Shown here in pieces: positions 35,964-44,399 of a stretch of 64,000 bases of DNA. Position 1 is the first letter of the stretch. Every line of letters starts with the position of its first letter. The notes beneath the pieces were generated by a model that was not told the origin of the DNA, searched no databases, and saw nothing but the letters and a program-made list of their open reading frames with translations. Source of the stretch: Myxococcota bacterium (GTDB taxonomy: Bacteria; Myxococcota_A; UBA9160; JAFDDA01); NCBI GenBank assembly GCA_965228475.1, contig OZ245817.1, positions 1,216,001 to 1,280,000 of the forward strand, written 5' to 3'. A program made the translations under genes and the position numbers.

Positions 35964-36889
35964 GCGAACGCTTCCCGTTTCCGCTGCCGAACGGCTGGTT
36001 CCACGTCGCCTTCTCCGACGAACTCGCGCCCGGCGAGCTGCGCACCGTCCACTACTTCGGGCAGGACCTCGTGCTCTTCCGCACCGAGGCGGGGGAGGCC
36101 CATGCCCTCGACCCGTACTGTCCGCACCTCGGCGCGCACCTCGGCGTCGGGGGCCGGGTCGTCGGGGAGCACCTGCGCTGCCCCTTCCACGCCTGGGAGT
36201 TCGGCGGCGACGGCGTCTGCCGCCGCGTGCCCTACGCGAAGAAGATCCCGCCCAAGGCGAAGGTCCGCGCCTGGCCGCTGCTCGAGCGCAACGGGATGCT
36301 CTTCGTCCACTTCCACAAGGAGGGCGAGGCACCGGCCTGGGAGCCGCCCGAGGTGCCGGAGTACGCCTCGGAGGAATGGACGGACTACTGGCGCCGCGAC
36401 TGGGAGGTCGCGAGCTGCGCCCAGGAGATGGCCGAGAACAGCGTCGACCCCGCCCACTTCAAATACGTCCACCGCACGGCCGAGCTGCCCGAAGCCACCG
36501 CCCGGAGCGAGGGGCCCGTCTTCCGCGTCGACATGGGATATCCGATCCAGATGGGCGCGGAGCTCCAGCAGGGCCGCATCGAGATCAACTGTTTCGGCTT
36601 CGGCGTGGGGGTCACGCGCTTCCGGGGAATCGTCGACACGACCGTCATCGCGACGGGCACGCCCATCGACCGCGAGCGCATGCACCACCGGCTGTCCTTC
36701 ATGGTGAAGAAGCTCGACTCCGAGGAGGCGACCCAGGGCCTCGGCCAGGCCTTCATTGCGGAGATCACTCGCCAGTTCGAAGAGGACAAGCCGATCTGGG
36801 AGGCGAAGGCGCACCTTGCGCGGCCGGCGCTCTGCGATGGGGATGGGCCGATCGGGGAGCTGCGGCGGTGGGGGCGGCAGTTCTATTAG
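35960..36889 (+). CDS. Rieske non-heme iron oxygenase (KshA/steroid-oxygenase-like)
   Basis: GTG coupled to the TetR stop; PNGWF, CPHLGAHL...CPFHAW Rieske motif, ENSVDPAHFKYVH, EEDKPIWE. Confidence 0.85.
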   Translation: MSERFPFPLPNGWFHVAFSDELAPGELRTVHYFGQDLVLFRTEAGEAHALDPYCPHLGAHLGVGGRVVGEHLRCPFHAWEFGGDGVCRRVPYAKKIPPKAKVRAWPLLERNGMLFVHFHKEGEAPAWEPPEVPEYASEEWTDYWRRDWEVASCAQEMAENSVDPAHFKYVHRTAELPEATARSEGPVFRVDMGYPIQMGAELQQGRIEINCFGFGVGVTRFRGIVDTTVIATGTPIDRERMHHRLSFMVKKLDSEEATQGLGQAFIAEITRQFEEDKPIWEAKAHLARPALCDGDGPIGELRRWGRQFY

Positions 36890-36906
36890 AGGGGATCGAG
36901 GCCGGG

Positions 36907-37001
36907 GGACCGAGGGAGGGTCTGCCGGACCCGCCGGGGGACGGCTCGTCGGTGCGGAACAGCGGAGAGTCGGGACGGTCCGGCAGACCCTCCCTCGGTC
37001 C
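36907..37001. repeat. Palindromic repeat element, copy 1 (25-bp stem, 45-nt loop)
   Basis: ggaccgagggagggtctgccggacc (36907-31) / ggtccggcagaccctccctcggtcc (36977-37001). Confidence 0.9.
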
Positions 37002-37073
37002 ACCGGACGTTACGCTCCGCCCATCTTCCGAACGTTCTCAACAGGCGGCGACGGGCCAACTCCGCGCGACGAA

Positions 37074-37176
37074 CCGCGGTCGGAGGGAGGCCCTGCCGGA
37101 CCGTCCCGACTCTCCGACGCCACGCACCACCGACCCGCCCCCCGGCGGGTCCGGCAGGGCCTCCCTCCGACCGCGG
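37074..37176. repeat. Palindromic repeat element, copy 2 (29-bp stem, 45-nt loop; inverted relative to copy 1)
   Basis: ccgcggtcggagggaggccctgccggacc (37074-37102) / ggtccggcagggcctccctccgaccgcgg (37148-76). The loop is a reverse-complement homolog of the copy 1 loop. Confidence 0.9.
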
Positions 37177-37187
37177 GCCTCCACGTG

Positions 37188-37216
37188 TTGACAGCCCCGA
37201 CGCCCCCGCCGATCCT
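37188..37216 (+). promoter_or_regulatory. Putative sigma70 promoter for glyQS-ppdK
   Basis: TTGACA (37188-93), 17 nt, GATCCT (37211-16). Confidence 0.45.
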
Positions 37217-37244
37217 CCCGCTCTCCTGGAGCCGTGAAACCGAA

Positions 37245-38573
37245 ATGACGAGTGATTCCGAGACCCCGACGCGATCCCTGCGGATGGAGGACCTGGTCGC
37301 CCTGTGCGCCCGGCGTGGCTTCATCTTTCCCTCGAGCGAGATCTACGGCGGCATCAACGGCTTCTGGGACTACGGGCCCCTCGGCACCGAGCTCAAGAAC
37401 AACCTGAAGGCGGCCTGGTGGCAGCGCGTCGTGCGCGAGCGCGACGACGTCGAGGGCATCGACAGCTCGATCATCTGCCACCCGCGGACCTGGGAAGCCT
37501 CGGGCCACGTCGAACACTTCAGCGACCCGATGGTCGACTGCAAGGCCTGCAAGAAGCGCTTCCGCGCGGATCAGCTCGACGGCATCGGGAAGTGCAGCGA
37601 AGGCGGCGAACACGACTTCACCGAGGCGCGCAACTTCAACCTCATGCTGAAGACCTTCATCGGCGCATCGGAGGAAGCTGCGTCGACGGCCTACCTGCGG
37701 GCCGAGACCTGCCAGTCGATCTTCACGGACTTCAAGCGGGTGCGGGAAGTCGCGCGGCAGAAGCTGCCCTTCGGGATCGCGCAGATCGGCAAGGCCTTCC
37801 GCAACGAGATCAACCCGCGCAACTTCACCTTCCGCTCGCGCGAGTTCGAGCAGGCGGAGCTGGAGTTCTTCGTCGCGCCGGCGGAGCGCGAGAAGTGGTT
37901 CCAGTACTGGCTCGATGCGCGCTTCGCCTTCCACAAGGAGATCGGCCTCTCGCCGGAGCACCTCCGGCTGCGCGATCACGAGCCCGACGAGCTCGCCCAC
38001 TACGCGAACGCGGCCGCCGACGTCGAGTACCTCTTCCCCTTCGGCTGGCAGGAGATCGAGGGCGTCCACGACCGCGGCGATTGGGACCTCTCGCGCCACA
38101 CCGAGTACGCGGGCAAGGATCTCTCCTACACGGACGAGCAGAGCAAGGAGCGCTTCACGCCCATGGTCGTCGAGACCTCGGTCGGCATGGACAGGACGAC
38201 CCTGGCCCTGCTCTGTGACGCCTACGAAGAGGAGACGCTCGAGGGCGGCGACACCCGCACGGTGATGCGCTTCTCGCCGGCCCTCGCGCCGCAGAAGGCC
38301 GCCGTCCTCCCGCTCTCGAAGAAGCTGGCCGAGCCGGCCCAGAAGCTCGCCGCCGACCTGCGCAAGCGCTGGAACGTCTCCTACGACCAGGCCGGGAACA
38401 TCGGCCGACGCTACCGGCGGCAGGACGAGGCGGGGACGCCCTTCTGCGTCACCTACGATTTCGAGTCCGTCGACGACGGCCAGGTCACCGTGCGCGAGCG
38501 CGACTCCATGAACCAGGAGCGGATCGCGATCGAGGGCGTTGCGGCCTGGCTTCGCGATCGCATCGAGCCCTGA
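37245..38573 (+). CDS. glyQS: Glycine--tRNA ligase (alpha2 homodimeric type)
   Basis: RRGFIFPSSEIYGG, DYGPLGTELKNN, YLRAETCQSIF, QIGKAFRNEI, FRSREFEQAE, NIGRRYRRQDEAGTP. Confidence 0.95.
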   Translation: MTSDSETPTRSLRMEDLVALCARRGFIFPSSEIYGGINGFWDYGPLGTELKNNLKAAWWQRVVRERDDVEGIDSSIICHPRTWEASGHVEHFSDPMVDCKACKKRFRADQLDGIGKCSEGGEHDFTEARNFNLMLKTFIGASEEAASTAYLRAETCQSIFTDFKRVREVARQKLPFGIAQIGKAFRNEINPRNFTFRSREFEQAELEFFVAPAEREKWFQYWLDARFAFHKEIGLSPEHLRLRDHEPDELAHYANAAADVEYLFPFGWQEIEGVHDRGDWDLSRHTEYAGKDLSYTDEQSKERFTPMVVETSVGMDRTTLALLCDAYEEETLEGGDTRTVMRFSPALAPQKAAVLPLSKKLAEPAQKLAADLRKRWNVSYDQAGNIGRRYRRQDEAGTPFCVTYDFESVDDGQVTVRERDSMNQERIAIEGVAAWLRDRIEP

Positions 38574-41407
38574 TGCCCACCCGGAAGAAAGCCGCGAAGA
38601 AGAAGTCCGCCCGCGGGAAGGCCTCGACGAAATCGAAGGCAAAGAAGAAGGCCAAGGTTTCCAAGAAGTCTGCGGGCCGCGCCGTCTTCTACTTCGGCGA
38701 CGGCAAGGCCGACGGCCGCGCCGAGATGCGGGAAACCCTCGGCGGCAAGGGCGCGAACCTCGCCGAGATGACCCTCCTCGGGGTTCCGGTCCCGCCGGGC
38801 TTCACGATCTCGACCGACGTCTGCGCGCGTTACAACGCCGGGGGCAAGCGGCTCCCGCGCGACGTCTGGGGCCAGGTCGAGAAGGCGCTCGCCCGCGTCG
38901 AGCGCTCGATGGGGGCCGGCTTCGGCGACCCGAAGAACCCGCTGCTCGTCTCGGTGCGCTCGGGCGCGCGCGCCTCGATGCCGGGGATGATGGACACGAT
39001 CCTGAACCTCGGCCTGAACCGGCAGACGGTGAAGGGCCTCGCCCGGGGCGCGGACGAGCGCTTCGCCTGGGACAGCTACCGGCGCTTCATCCAGATGTAC
39101 AGCGACGTCGTGCTCGGCGTCCCCCACGAGCGCTTCGAAGAGCACCTCGACGACCTGAAACGGGCCCGCAACGTGCGGCTCGATACGGAGCTCAGCGCCG
39201 AGGACCTGCGGGATCTCGTCGAGATCTATCTCGAGACCGTCGAGGCGCTCGCCGGCCGGAGCTTCCCCCAGGATCCGAACGCCCAGCTCCGGGGAGCCGT
39301 CGCCGCCGTCTTCGACTCCTGGCAGAACGAGCGCGCCCGCCGCTACCGCGCGATGAACGGCATCCCGGACGAGTGGGGCACCGCGGTGAACGTCCAGGCC
39401 ATGGTGTTCGGCAACATGGGCGACGACTGCGCGACGGGCGTGGCCTTCACGCGCAACCCCTCGACGGGCGAGCCCGTCTTCTACGGGGAGTGGCTGAAGA
39501 ACGCCCAGGGCGAGGACGTCGTGGCGGGCATCCGGACCCCCCAGCCGATCAACGACGACAACCGCTCCCCCGCGCAGAAAGGCCTCCCGACCCTCGAGGC
39601 GGAGATGCCCGCCCGCTATCGCGAGCTGGTCCGCATCTACCAGAAGCTCGAACGCCACTACCGCGACATGCAGGACATCGAGTTCACCATCCAGCGCGAG
39701 AAGCTCTGGATGCTGCAGACGCGCAGTGGCAAGCGCACGGCGCGCGCGGCGGTCCGGATCGCCGTCGACATGGCGAACCAGCGCCTGATCACGCGGGACG
39801 AGGCCCTGCAGCGGGTGGACGCCGGCGCCCTCGACCAGCTCCTGCACCCGACCCTCGACCCGGGGGCGGACCGCGACCTGCTCGCCAAGGGCCTCCCGGC
39901 GTCGCCGGGCGCGGCGACCGGCATCGTCGTCCTGACGGCCGACGAGGCGGAGCTGCGCGGAAAGGCCGGGCAGAAGGTGATCCTCGTCCGCACCGAGACG
40001 TCGCCGGACGACATCCACGGGATGGACGCCGCCGAAGGGATCCTCACCGCCCGGGGCGGCATGACCTCCCACGCGGCGGTCGTGGCCCGCGGGATGGGCC
40101 GCTCCTGCGTGGCAGGCTGCAGCGAGCTCCACATCGACCGCGCGAACGGGCGCCTGCGCATCGGCGGGCGGGACCTCGAGGAAGGCGACCCGCTCACCAT
40201 CGACGGCAGCACGGGTGAGGTCTTCGCCGGAACCGTCGCCACCGTCATGCCCGAGCTCGACGCCGAGTTCGAGACGCTCATGGGCTGGGCCGACCGGCGC
40301 CGCAAGCTCCACGTACGGACCAACGCCGACACGCCGAACGATGCGCGCGTGGCCCGCGAGTTCGGCGCCGAGGGCATCGGCCTCTGCCGTACCGAGCACA
40401 TGTTCTTCGAGGCGGACCGCATCATGGCGGTGCGCGAGATGATCCTCGCGAGCGACGCCGCGGAGCGGCGCGTCGCGCTCGCGAAGCTCCTGCCGATGCA
40501 GCGCGACGACTTCCGCGGAATCTTCGAGGCGATGGAGGGCCTCCCGGTCACGATCCGTCTGCTCGACCCGCCGCTCCACGAGTTCCTGCCCCACGCGGAG
40601 GACGAGGTCGCCGAAGTCGCGCGTGCGCTCGGCCGCAGCGCCGCCGAGATCCGCGGACGCATCGACGGTTTGAAGGAGTTCAACCCGATGCTCGGACACC
40701 GGGGCTGCCGCCTCGGCGTGACCTTCCCCGAGATCTACCGCATGCAGGTGCGGGCCATCGCCGAGGCCGCTGCGGACGCCGTGGCCGGGGGGACCAAGGT
40801 CCGGCCGGAGCTGATGATCCCGCTCGTGTCCCACGTCGGCGAGCTCGAGCGGCTGCGGGCGCTCTGCAAGGACGAGATCAAGGCGGTCCAGTCCGAGCGG
40901 GGGGTCCGCTTCCCGTCCGCGATCGGCACGATGATCGAGGTGCCGCGCGCCTCCCTCGTGGCGGACACGATCGCCCACCACGCGGACTTCTTCTCCTTCG
41001 GCACGAACGACCTGACGCAGATGACCTACGCGCTCTCGCGCGACGACGCGGGCAAGTTCCTCACGGAGTACATCGAGCGGGGCATCCTCGACCACGACCC
41101 CTTCGTCTCGATCGACGAGGAGGGCATCGGCGAGCTCATCCGGATCGGCGTCGAGAAGGGGCGGGCGACCCGCCCGGACCTCAAGGTCGGCATCTGCGGC
41201 GAGCACGGCGGCGACGCGCGCAGCGTCGCGTTCTGCTCGCGGATCGGGCTCGACTACGCATCGTGCTCTCCCTACCGTGTGCCCGTGGCCCGGCTCGCTG
41301 CGGCCCAGGCCGCCATCGAAGAGACCGCCGGGCCGGCCGTCCGGAAGAAGCCCCGCGCGAAGAAGTGCGCCGGGAAGAAGAGCGGGAAGGGGAAAGCCAA
41401 GCGATGA
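38573..41407 (+). CDS. ppdK: Pyruvate, phosphate dikinase with Lys-rich terminal extensions
   Basis: LGGKGANLAEM, SVRSGARASMPGMMDT, AQGEDVVAGIRTP, GGMTSHAAVVAR, GIGLCRTEHMF, FSFGTNDLTQ, GICGEHGGD. Confidence 0.97.
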   Translation: MPTRKKAAKKKSARGKASTKSKAKKKAKVSKKSAGRAVFYFGDGKADGRAEMRETLGGKGANLAEMTLLGVPVPPGFTISTDVCARYNAGGKRLPRDVWGQVEKALARVERSMGAGFGDPKNPLLVSVRSGARASMPGMMDTILNLGLNRQTVKGLARGADERFAWDSYRRFIQMYSDVVLGVPHERFEEHLDDLKRARNVRLDTELSAEDLRDLVEIYLETVEALAGRSFPQDPNAQLRGAVAAVFDSWQNERARRYRAMNGIPDEWGTAVNVQAMVFGNMGDDCATGVAFTRNPSTGEPVFYGEWLKNAQGEDVVAGIRTPQPINDDNRSPAQKGLPTLEAEMPARYRELVRIYQKLERHYRDMQDIEFTIQREKLWMLQTRSGKRTARAAVRIAVDMANQRLITRDEALQRVDAGALDQLLHPTLDPGADRDLLAKGLPASPGAATGIVVLTADEAELRGKAGQKVILVRTETSPDDIHGMDAAEGILTARGGMTSHAAVVARGMGRSCVAGCSELHIDRANGRLRIGGRDLEEGDPLTIDGSTGEVFAGTVATVMPELDAEFETLMGWADRRRKLHVRTNADTPNDARVAREFGAEGIGLCRTEHMFFEADRIMAVREMILASDAAERRVALAKLLPMQRDDFRGIFEAMEGLPVTIRLLDPPLHEFLPHAEDEVAEVARALGRSAAEIRGRIDGLKEFNPMLGHRGCRLGVTFPEIYRMQVRAIAEAAADAVAGGTKVRPELMIPLVSHVGELERLRALCKDEIKAVQSERGVRFPSAIGTMIEVPRASLVADTIAHHADFFSFGTNDLTQMTYALSRDDAGKFLTEYIERGILDHDPFVSIDEEGIGELIRIGVEKGRATRPDLKVGICGEHGGDARSVAFCSRIGLDYASCSPYRVPVARLAAAQAAIEETAGPAVRKKPRAKKCAGKKSGKGKAKR

Positions 41408-41958
41408 TCACGGCTCCGCCCCGGAAAGAAGCGCGGCTTCTGCGGACCTCCCGCACCCTCGCGTCGACGATGTCGTTCGCGATGCTTCTGCTCCTGCCGG
41501 GCTGCGGCGTGGGCAGCGCCGTCCGCGGCTGGTTCGAGCCGCCGACCGGCCCGCAGCCCGATACGAGCCGCGGCGTGCAGGTCGTCGACCATCGCGCGAT
41601 CGTCGAGTTCCAGGAGCGTGCGCAGGGTTTCTACGACCGACTTTCGCTTCGGCGTTTCAACACGCACGCGACCTACACGGACACCGTGCTGCGCGAGCAC
41701 TTCCAGAACGAGACCGCCTTCTTCGACTACTACGCCGACTTCGCGCATACCCTGGATCTCGCGTATGTCGAGAAGAATCGCGCGCTGATTGCCGAGGTGA
41801 AGGAGTTCGCGCTCGAGGGGCCGGGCCGTGCCCTCGTCGACGTCCGCATCCGAAGCAACAACGGCAAGCCCCTTCGCTACTGGACGGTCGTGACCGAGCG
41901 CCGCGACGTCTGGGAGCGGATCGAGGGCGTCTGGTTCGTCGTACCCGGCAAGCTGTAG
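41404..41958 (+). CDS. Hypothetical lipoprotein
   Basis: ATGA overlap with ppdK; hydrophobic stretch ending LLLLPGC (lipobox). Start could be 41470. Confidence 0.65.
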   Translation: MITAPPRKEARLLRTSRTLASTMSFAMLLLLPGCGVGSAVRGWFEPPTGPQPDTSRGVQVVDHRAIVEFQERAQGFYDRLSLRRFNTHATYTDTVLREHFQNETAFFDYYADFAHTLDLAYVEKNRALIAEVKEFALEGPGRALVDVRIRSNNGKPLRYWTVVTERRDVWERIEGVWFVVPGKL

Positions 41959-42138
41959 CCGCTCCGGCTACGCCACAATCGGCCATGGGGCCGAGGGCGA
42001 CGGATGTTCCCCGGGTCCACAATTGAGAAAAAGAGTTCTCTGCCTGCCGGGAATCCCCGTGCACTACGCAATCCGCTGCATCCGGGAAAAAGCACGAATT
42101 CCGAGGCCTTGACCCGCGACCTGCACAAACCCCGGTTG

Positions 42139-42154
42139 TGGCATGGCGCTTGCT
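42139..42154 (+). promoter_or_regulatory. Sigma54 (-24/-12) promoter upstream of the ECF sigma genes
   Basis: TGGCATGGCGCTTGCT matches TGGCA-N6-TTGCT with GG-N10-GC spacing, in a long, lower-GC intergenic region. Confidence 0.7.
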
Positions 42155-42370
42155 TTTTCCAATGCTCGGACGCTGAGTCCCACTTTTGAAAAGCCCGGTT
42201 CCTGAATCGAAGAAAGGAAAGTCGCCAGGGAGCATCCGAGCCGAAACCGGCACCTCGCCGGCCCAAGCACGGAAACTGAAACAGGTTCTGATACGGAGAG
42301 CCGGGCAACCGCCCGGACCAGGCCTCCGAGGAAGAGCCGGTCATCCCCCCGGACAGACCCTCCATTCCCG

Positions 42371-42985
42371 ATGCGGGAACCACACTCGGATGGTGTGGTG
42401 CGCAAAAAGAACGCTCGAAAAGCCGACCCGTGGAACAGCGACGAAGAGCTGGTCGAGAAGATCCTCGGCGGAGACCGCCAGGCCTTCGAACTCCTCTACG
42501 AGACCTACTTCCCGCGCGTCTACCGCTTCGCGCTCAAGCGCCTCGGCGACGCCGGCGAAGCCGAAGACGTCACGCAGGAGGTGTTCATCACCGTGCACCG
42601 CGTGCTCGAGAGCTGGGCCGGGAACTCCTCCCTGCTGGTCTGGATCTTCGGCATCAGCCGCAACACCGTGAATCGGCGCTTCCGCAAGCCGCGCCCGAGG
42701 CTCGACTCCGTCGACGACGTGGCCGGCGAGGTGCCCGCCAAGGCACCGCTCGCGGACCGCATCGTCGAAGCCCGCGAGGTGCTCGACCGCTGCGACATCG
42801 TGATCAACGAGAAGCTCACGCCGCTCCAGCGGCGGATCTTCCACCTCAAGCACCTCCGCCACCAGCCCATCAAGAAGATCGCGGCGGCGCTCGGCAAGTC
42901 CGAGGACGCGGTCAAGGCGAACCTGTACCGGATGCGGAACTCGCTCCTGGCGGGGGCTCCGGGGCTCAAGGGGTTCGTGAACTAG
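42371..42985 (+). CDS. ECF-type RNA polymerase sigma factor (1)
   Basis: DEELVEKILGGDRQAFELLY...EAEDVTQEVF...WIFGISRN (region 2); KKIAAALGKSEDAVKANLYR (region 4). Start may be GTG 42395. Confidence 0.9.
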   Translation: MREPHSDGVVRKKNARKADPWNSDEELVEKILGGDRQAFELLYETYFPRVYRFALKRLGDAGEAEDVTQEVFITVHRVLESWAGNSSLLVWIFGISRNTVNRRFRKPRPRLDSVDDVAGEVPAKAPLADRIVEAREVLDRCDIVINEKLTPLQRRIFHLKHLRHQPIKKIAAALGKSEDAVKANLYRMRNSLLAGAPGLKGFVN

Positions 42986-43031
42986 AGGCCTCGGGCGGGC
43001 CGACCGTCTCACATACCCATTGGAGTGATGC

Positions 43032-43137
43032 GCGCCGGGCGGGAGGGAGGCCTGCCGGACCGGCGTTTTGGGCGGGGTCTCGGTGAGGGCTGATGGGCGT
43101 GGTTTACGGTCCGGCAGGCCTCCCTCCCGCCCGGCGC
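43032..43137. repeat. Palindromic repeat element, copy 3 (31-bp stem, 44-nt loop)
   Basis: gcgccgggcgggagggaggcctgccggaccg (43032-62) / cggtccggcaggcctccctcccgcccggcgc (43107-37); shares the GAGGGAGG..CTGCCGGACC core. Confidence 0.88.
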
Positions 43138-43371
43138 TGCCCGGGGGCTCGGGCGGCGTTCCGCATCCGATTCTGAAAAAAGCGGGCGGGAAGTTGGGGT
43201 TTCCCCGCGGGCTTGCGGCTACGTTGCTTCCCCTGGGGGAATCAATCGAGCCCGGGGAGTGGTTTTTGCGCCACTAATGCCCCCGAGCGGCCACTCATTG
43301 GTGGAGAAGGGGGGTGAGCGATCGCCCCCCGTCTGCATCGGCCTGGGAAGGGACAACGCGAGGAGACCGCG

Positions 43372-44055
43372 TTGCCCGCTCTCAAAGAAGCCACCCCGCT
43401 CCCCACCGGAACCCAGCGCACGCGCTCCAAGTTGCCCGTTCGAAAGAGCGAGGACGCGGAGTTGTTGGCCGCCCTCAGAACGGGCAGCCAGACCGCGTTC
43501 GACTCGTTATATCAACGCTACTTCCAGCGGATCTACAACTTCTCCTACGTGCGGCTGCGGAATCACGCGGACACCGAAGAAGTGGTGCAGGAGACCTTCA
43601 CGGCGGTCTTCCGGTGCATCGACTCCTTCAAGGGGCGGTCGACCTTGTCATCGTGGATCTACGGCATCGCGAAGAACACGATCAACAACCACATCCGCCG
43701 CGCCAAGACCGAGGAAGCGCGCGTGGAGCGGACGGAGTGCGAGGGCCTGCGCCCGATGGAGTCCCTCTCGACGGGGACGCCCGAGGACCAGTTGCAGTTG
43801 CGCCGCTACCTCGAGGCCATCGGCGAGCGGCTCGAGAGCATCGCGCCCTGGCAGGTCGAGGTGTTCGAGTTGCGTCACTTGCAGAACCTCTCGATCCAGG
43901 AGATCTCGGAGCAGACGTCGCGGTCGAGCGATGCGATCCGCTCGAGCCTCTATCGGATGAAGCGGGTGTTGGTCGAGTCCGCCGAGTCCGGAGGCACGAT
44001 TTCGGGGGGGACCATTTCGGAACCTGGCTATGGCGCGGAGAGCGCCTGGAGCTGA
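43372..44055 (+). CDS. ECF-type RNA polymerase sigma factor (2)
   Basis: TTG start after gaggag; AFDSLYQRYFQRIY...DTEEVVQETF...WIYGIAKN; SIQEISEQTSRSSDAIRSSLYR. Confidence 0.9.
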   Translation: MPALKEATPLPTGTQRTRSKLPVRKSEDAELLAALRTGSQTAFDSLYQRYFQRIYNFSYVRLRNHADTEEVVQETFTAVFRCIDSFKGRSTLSSWIYGIAKNTINNHIRRAKTEEARVERTECEGLRPMESLSTGTPEDQLQLRRYLEAIGERLESIAPWQVEVFELRHLQNLSIQEISEQTSRSSDAIRSSLYRMKRVLVESAESGGTISGGTISEPGYGAESAWS

Positions 44056-44109
44056 AGCGTGAAGAGAACCACCACACCGGGTCATGCCGCTGGGGAAGTC
44101 CACGCTGAG

Positions 44110-44295
44110 ATGAGTATCAAGTTGAAGATGGAAGAGATCGAAGACCTGGCAGCCGACGTGAGCGCCGACGAACTCCGCGATTTCCTCGCGGCGGACGGCC
44201 TCGACGTCCCCTTCGACCCCGAATTCAAGGAGCGCCTGCGCTCCCAGCTCTGGACCCTCGTTCGCAATCGCTTCGGGAGCGAAGGCGAGGGCTGA
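44110..44295 (+). CDS. Small acidic cytoplasmic protein (possible sigma-factor partner)
   Basis: MSIKLKMEEIEDL...ELRDFLAAD...DPEFKERLRSQLW; genome-typical codon usage; directly after ECF2. Start could be 44059 or 44128. Confidence 0.6.
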   Translation: MSIKLKMEEIEDLAADVSADELRDFLAADGLDVPFDPEFKERLRSQLWTLVRNRFGSEGEG

Positions 44296-44399
44296 GCGCC
44301 CGTCCCCACTTTCCCTGCATCGAACCCATTCGAGCCCCGCACCTCCCCCGGCATCGCTTCTGCGTTGCCCGGGGGGGTGCCGGCGCTAGCCTCCGCCCC

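Noticed and set aside
36907..37176. CRISPR array
   Set aside because: The repeats are inverted arms of two hairpins with homologous loops, not direct repeats with unique spacers; no cas genes are present.
42186..42671. Separate 161-aa ORF upstream of and overlapping ECF1
   Set aside because: It overlaps the ECF gene out of frame, has no recognisable motif and has atypical composition; the region is better explained as a non-coding leader.
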